From positions 1-64,000 of IMG/VR virus record IMGVR_UViG_3300004481_000271: DNA of 64,000 nt. One strand, given 5' to 3'. This stretch comes from a virus. The translations under genes and the position numbers were made by a program. The notes below the pieces were generated by a model. The model was not told the DNA's origin. It searched no databases and was given only the letters and a program-made list of their open reading frames with translations. Shown in pieces: positions 63,546 through 64,000 of this stretch. Position 1 is the stretch's first letter, and the number at the start of each line of letters is the position of its first letter.

Positions 63546-64000
63546 TCAGATCAGGGACTCGAAGACCGAAGCGACCGCGTCCGCGATCGCGAGCCCATAG
63601 GTGGACCGCGCGGCCAGAGGTTGCTCGATCTGGACGCCCCCTCCCGTCGCGGTCAACCAATTCACGACGTTCTTCGGGTCAGTCCCGGCGTAGGGCCCGG
63701 AGGTGACGACCTCGACGTCGAACTCGGCGCCGACGACGTCGGCGATCGCGTTCGCGACCGCTTGCTTCAGAGCGAGCGTCGCGGCCCCTCCGACCGAGAT
63801 CGGGTCCTCCCCGTAGCCGTGGAACGAGACCGCATGGGAGAACCCCCGCCCCGCGATTGCGGCGAGGAGCGGAAACGAAGCGACGTGAAGCTCCGTCGAG
63901 GTGATGTGCCATGCGGCCGCCGCCCCGCCCCCGGTTCGCCAGCCCTTGCACCGCCAGGCGGAGCACGGCTTCCCGGCGGAGGCGAGGGTTGCGAGAACTC
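63546..64000 (-). CDS. Poly-gamma-glutamate hydrolase family protein (PghP/YjqB-like), 5' end outside window; absent from ORF track
   Basis: Manual translation: WRCKGW...WHITSTE...AVSFHG...GTDPKNVVNWL...GGVQIEQ. Confidence 0.8.
   Translation of the reverse strand, partial: VLATLASAGKPCSAWRCKGWRTGGGAAAAWHITSTELHVASFPLLAAIAGRGFSHAVSFHGYGEDPISVGGAATLALKQAVANAIADVVGAEFDVEVVTSGPYAGTDPKNVVNWLTATGGGVQIEQPLAARSTYGLAIADAVASVFESLI

Larger units (their letters stand above)
1..64000. mobile_element. Contractile-tailed phage/prophage genome segment (ends not in window)
   Basis: Contiguous sheath/tube/tape-measure/baseplate, lysis, replication and DNA-modification modules; no host housekeeping genes. Confidence 0.95.

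Noticed and set aside
1-64000. tRNA, rRNA or intron/intein
   Set aside because: None recognised by eye; intergenic gaps are short and enzymes are of normal length; a covariance search was not run

Overview
A 64-kb segment of a very GC-rich tailed phage or prophage with a contractile tail (myovirus type). Nearly all genes lie on the minus strand. From right to left: (i) the 3' end of a poly-gamma-glutamate-hydrolase-like gene, then head-tail connectors, sheath, tube, a frameshifting tail chaperone, tape measure, baseplate and fibre genes (about 37.8-64 kb); (ii) a lysis region (about 33-37.8 kb); (iii) a divergent promoter separating a DUF6744-like/VWA-metallopeptidase/resolvase unit from a MoxR-like AAA ATPase plus a phage sigma factor (about 27.8-33.4 kb); (iv) a replication/recombination module (SF2 helicase, initiator with iterons, DnaB, primase, UDG-fused family A polymerase, UvsY-like, gp32-like SSB, RecA, SbcD/SbcC; about 12-26.6 kb); (v) an early nucleic-acid-modification island (0-12 kb). 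The island holds a coupled ParB-N / catalytically dead C5-methyltransferase / B12-radical-SAM operon. It also holds four copies of a sigma70-type promoter cassette, each placed directly before one cargo gene (TGT/DpdA-like, XF1762-family GNAT, PAPS-reductase/PP-loop, LPD29-like), plus a Dam-like MTase. Three promoter classes can be read from the sequence. No capsid, terminase, integrase, tRNA or CRISPR array was seen. All family calls come from motif recognition by eye, not from database searches.
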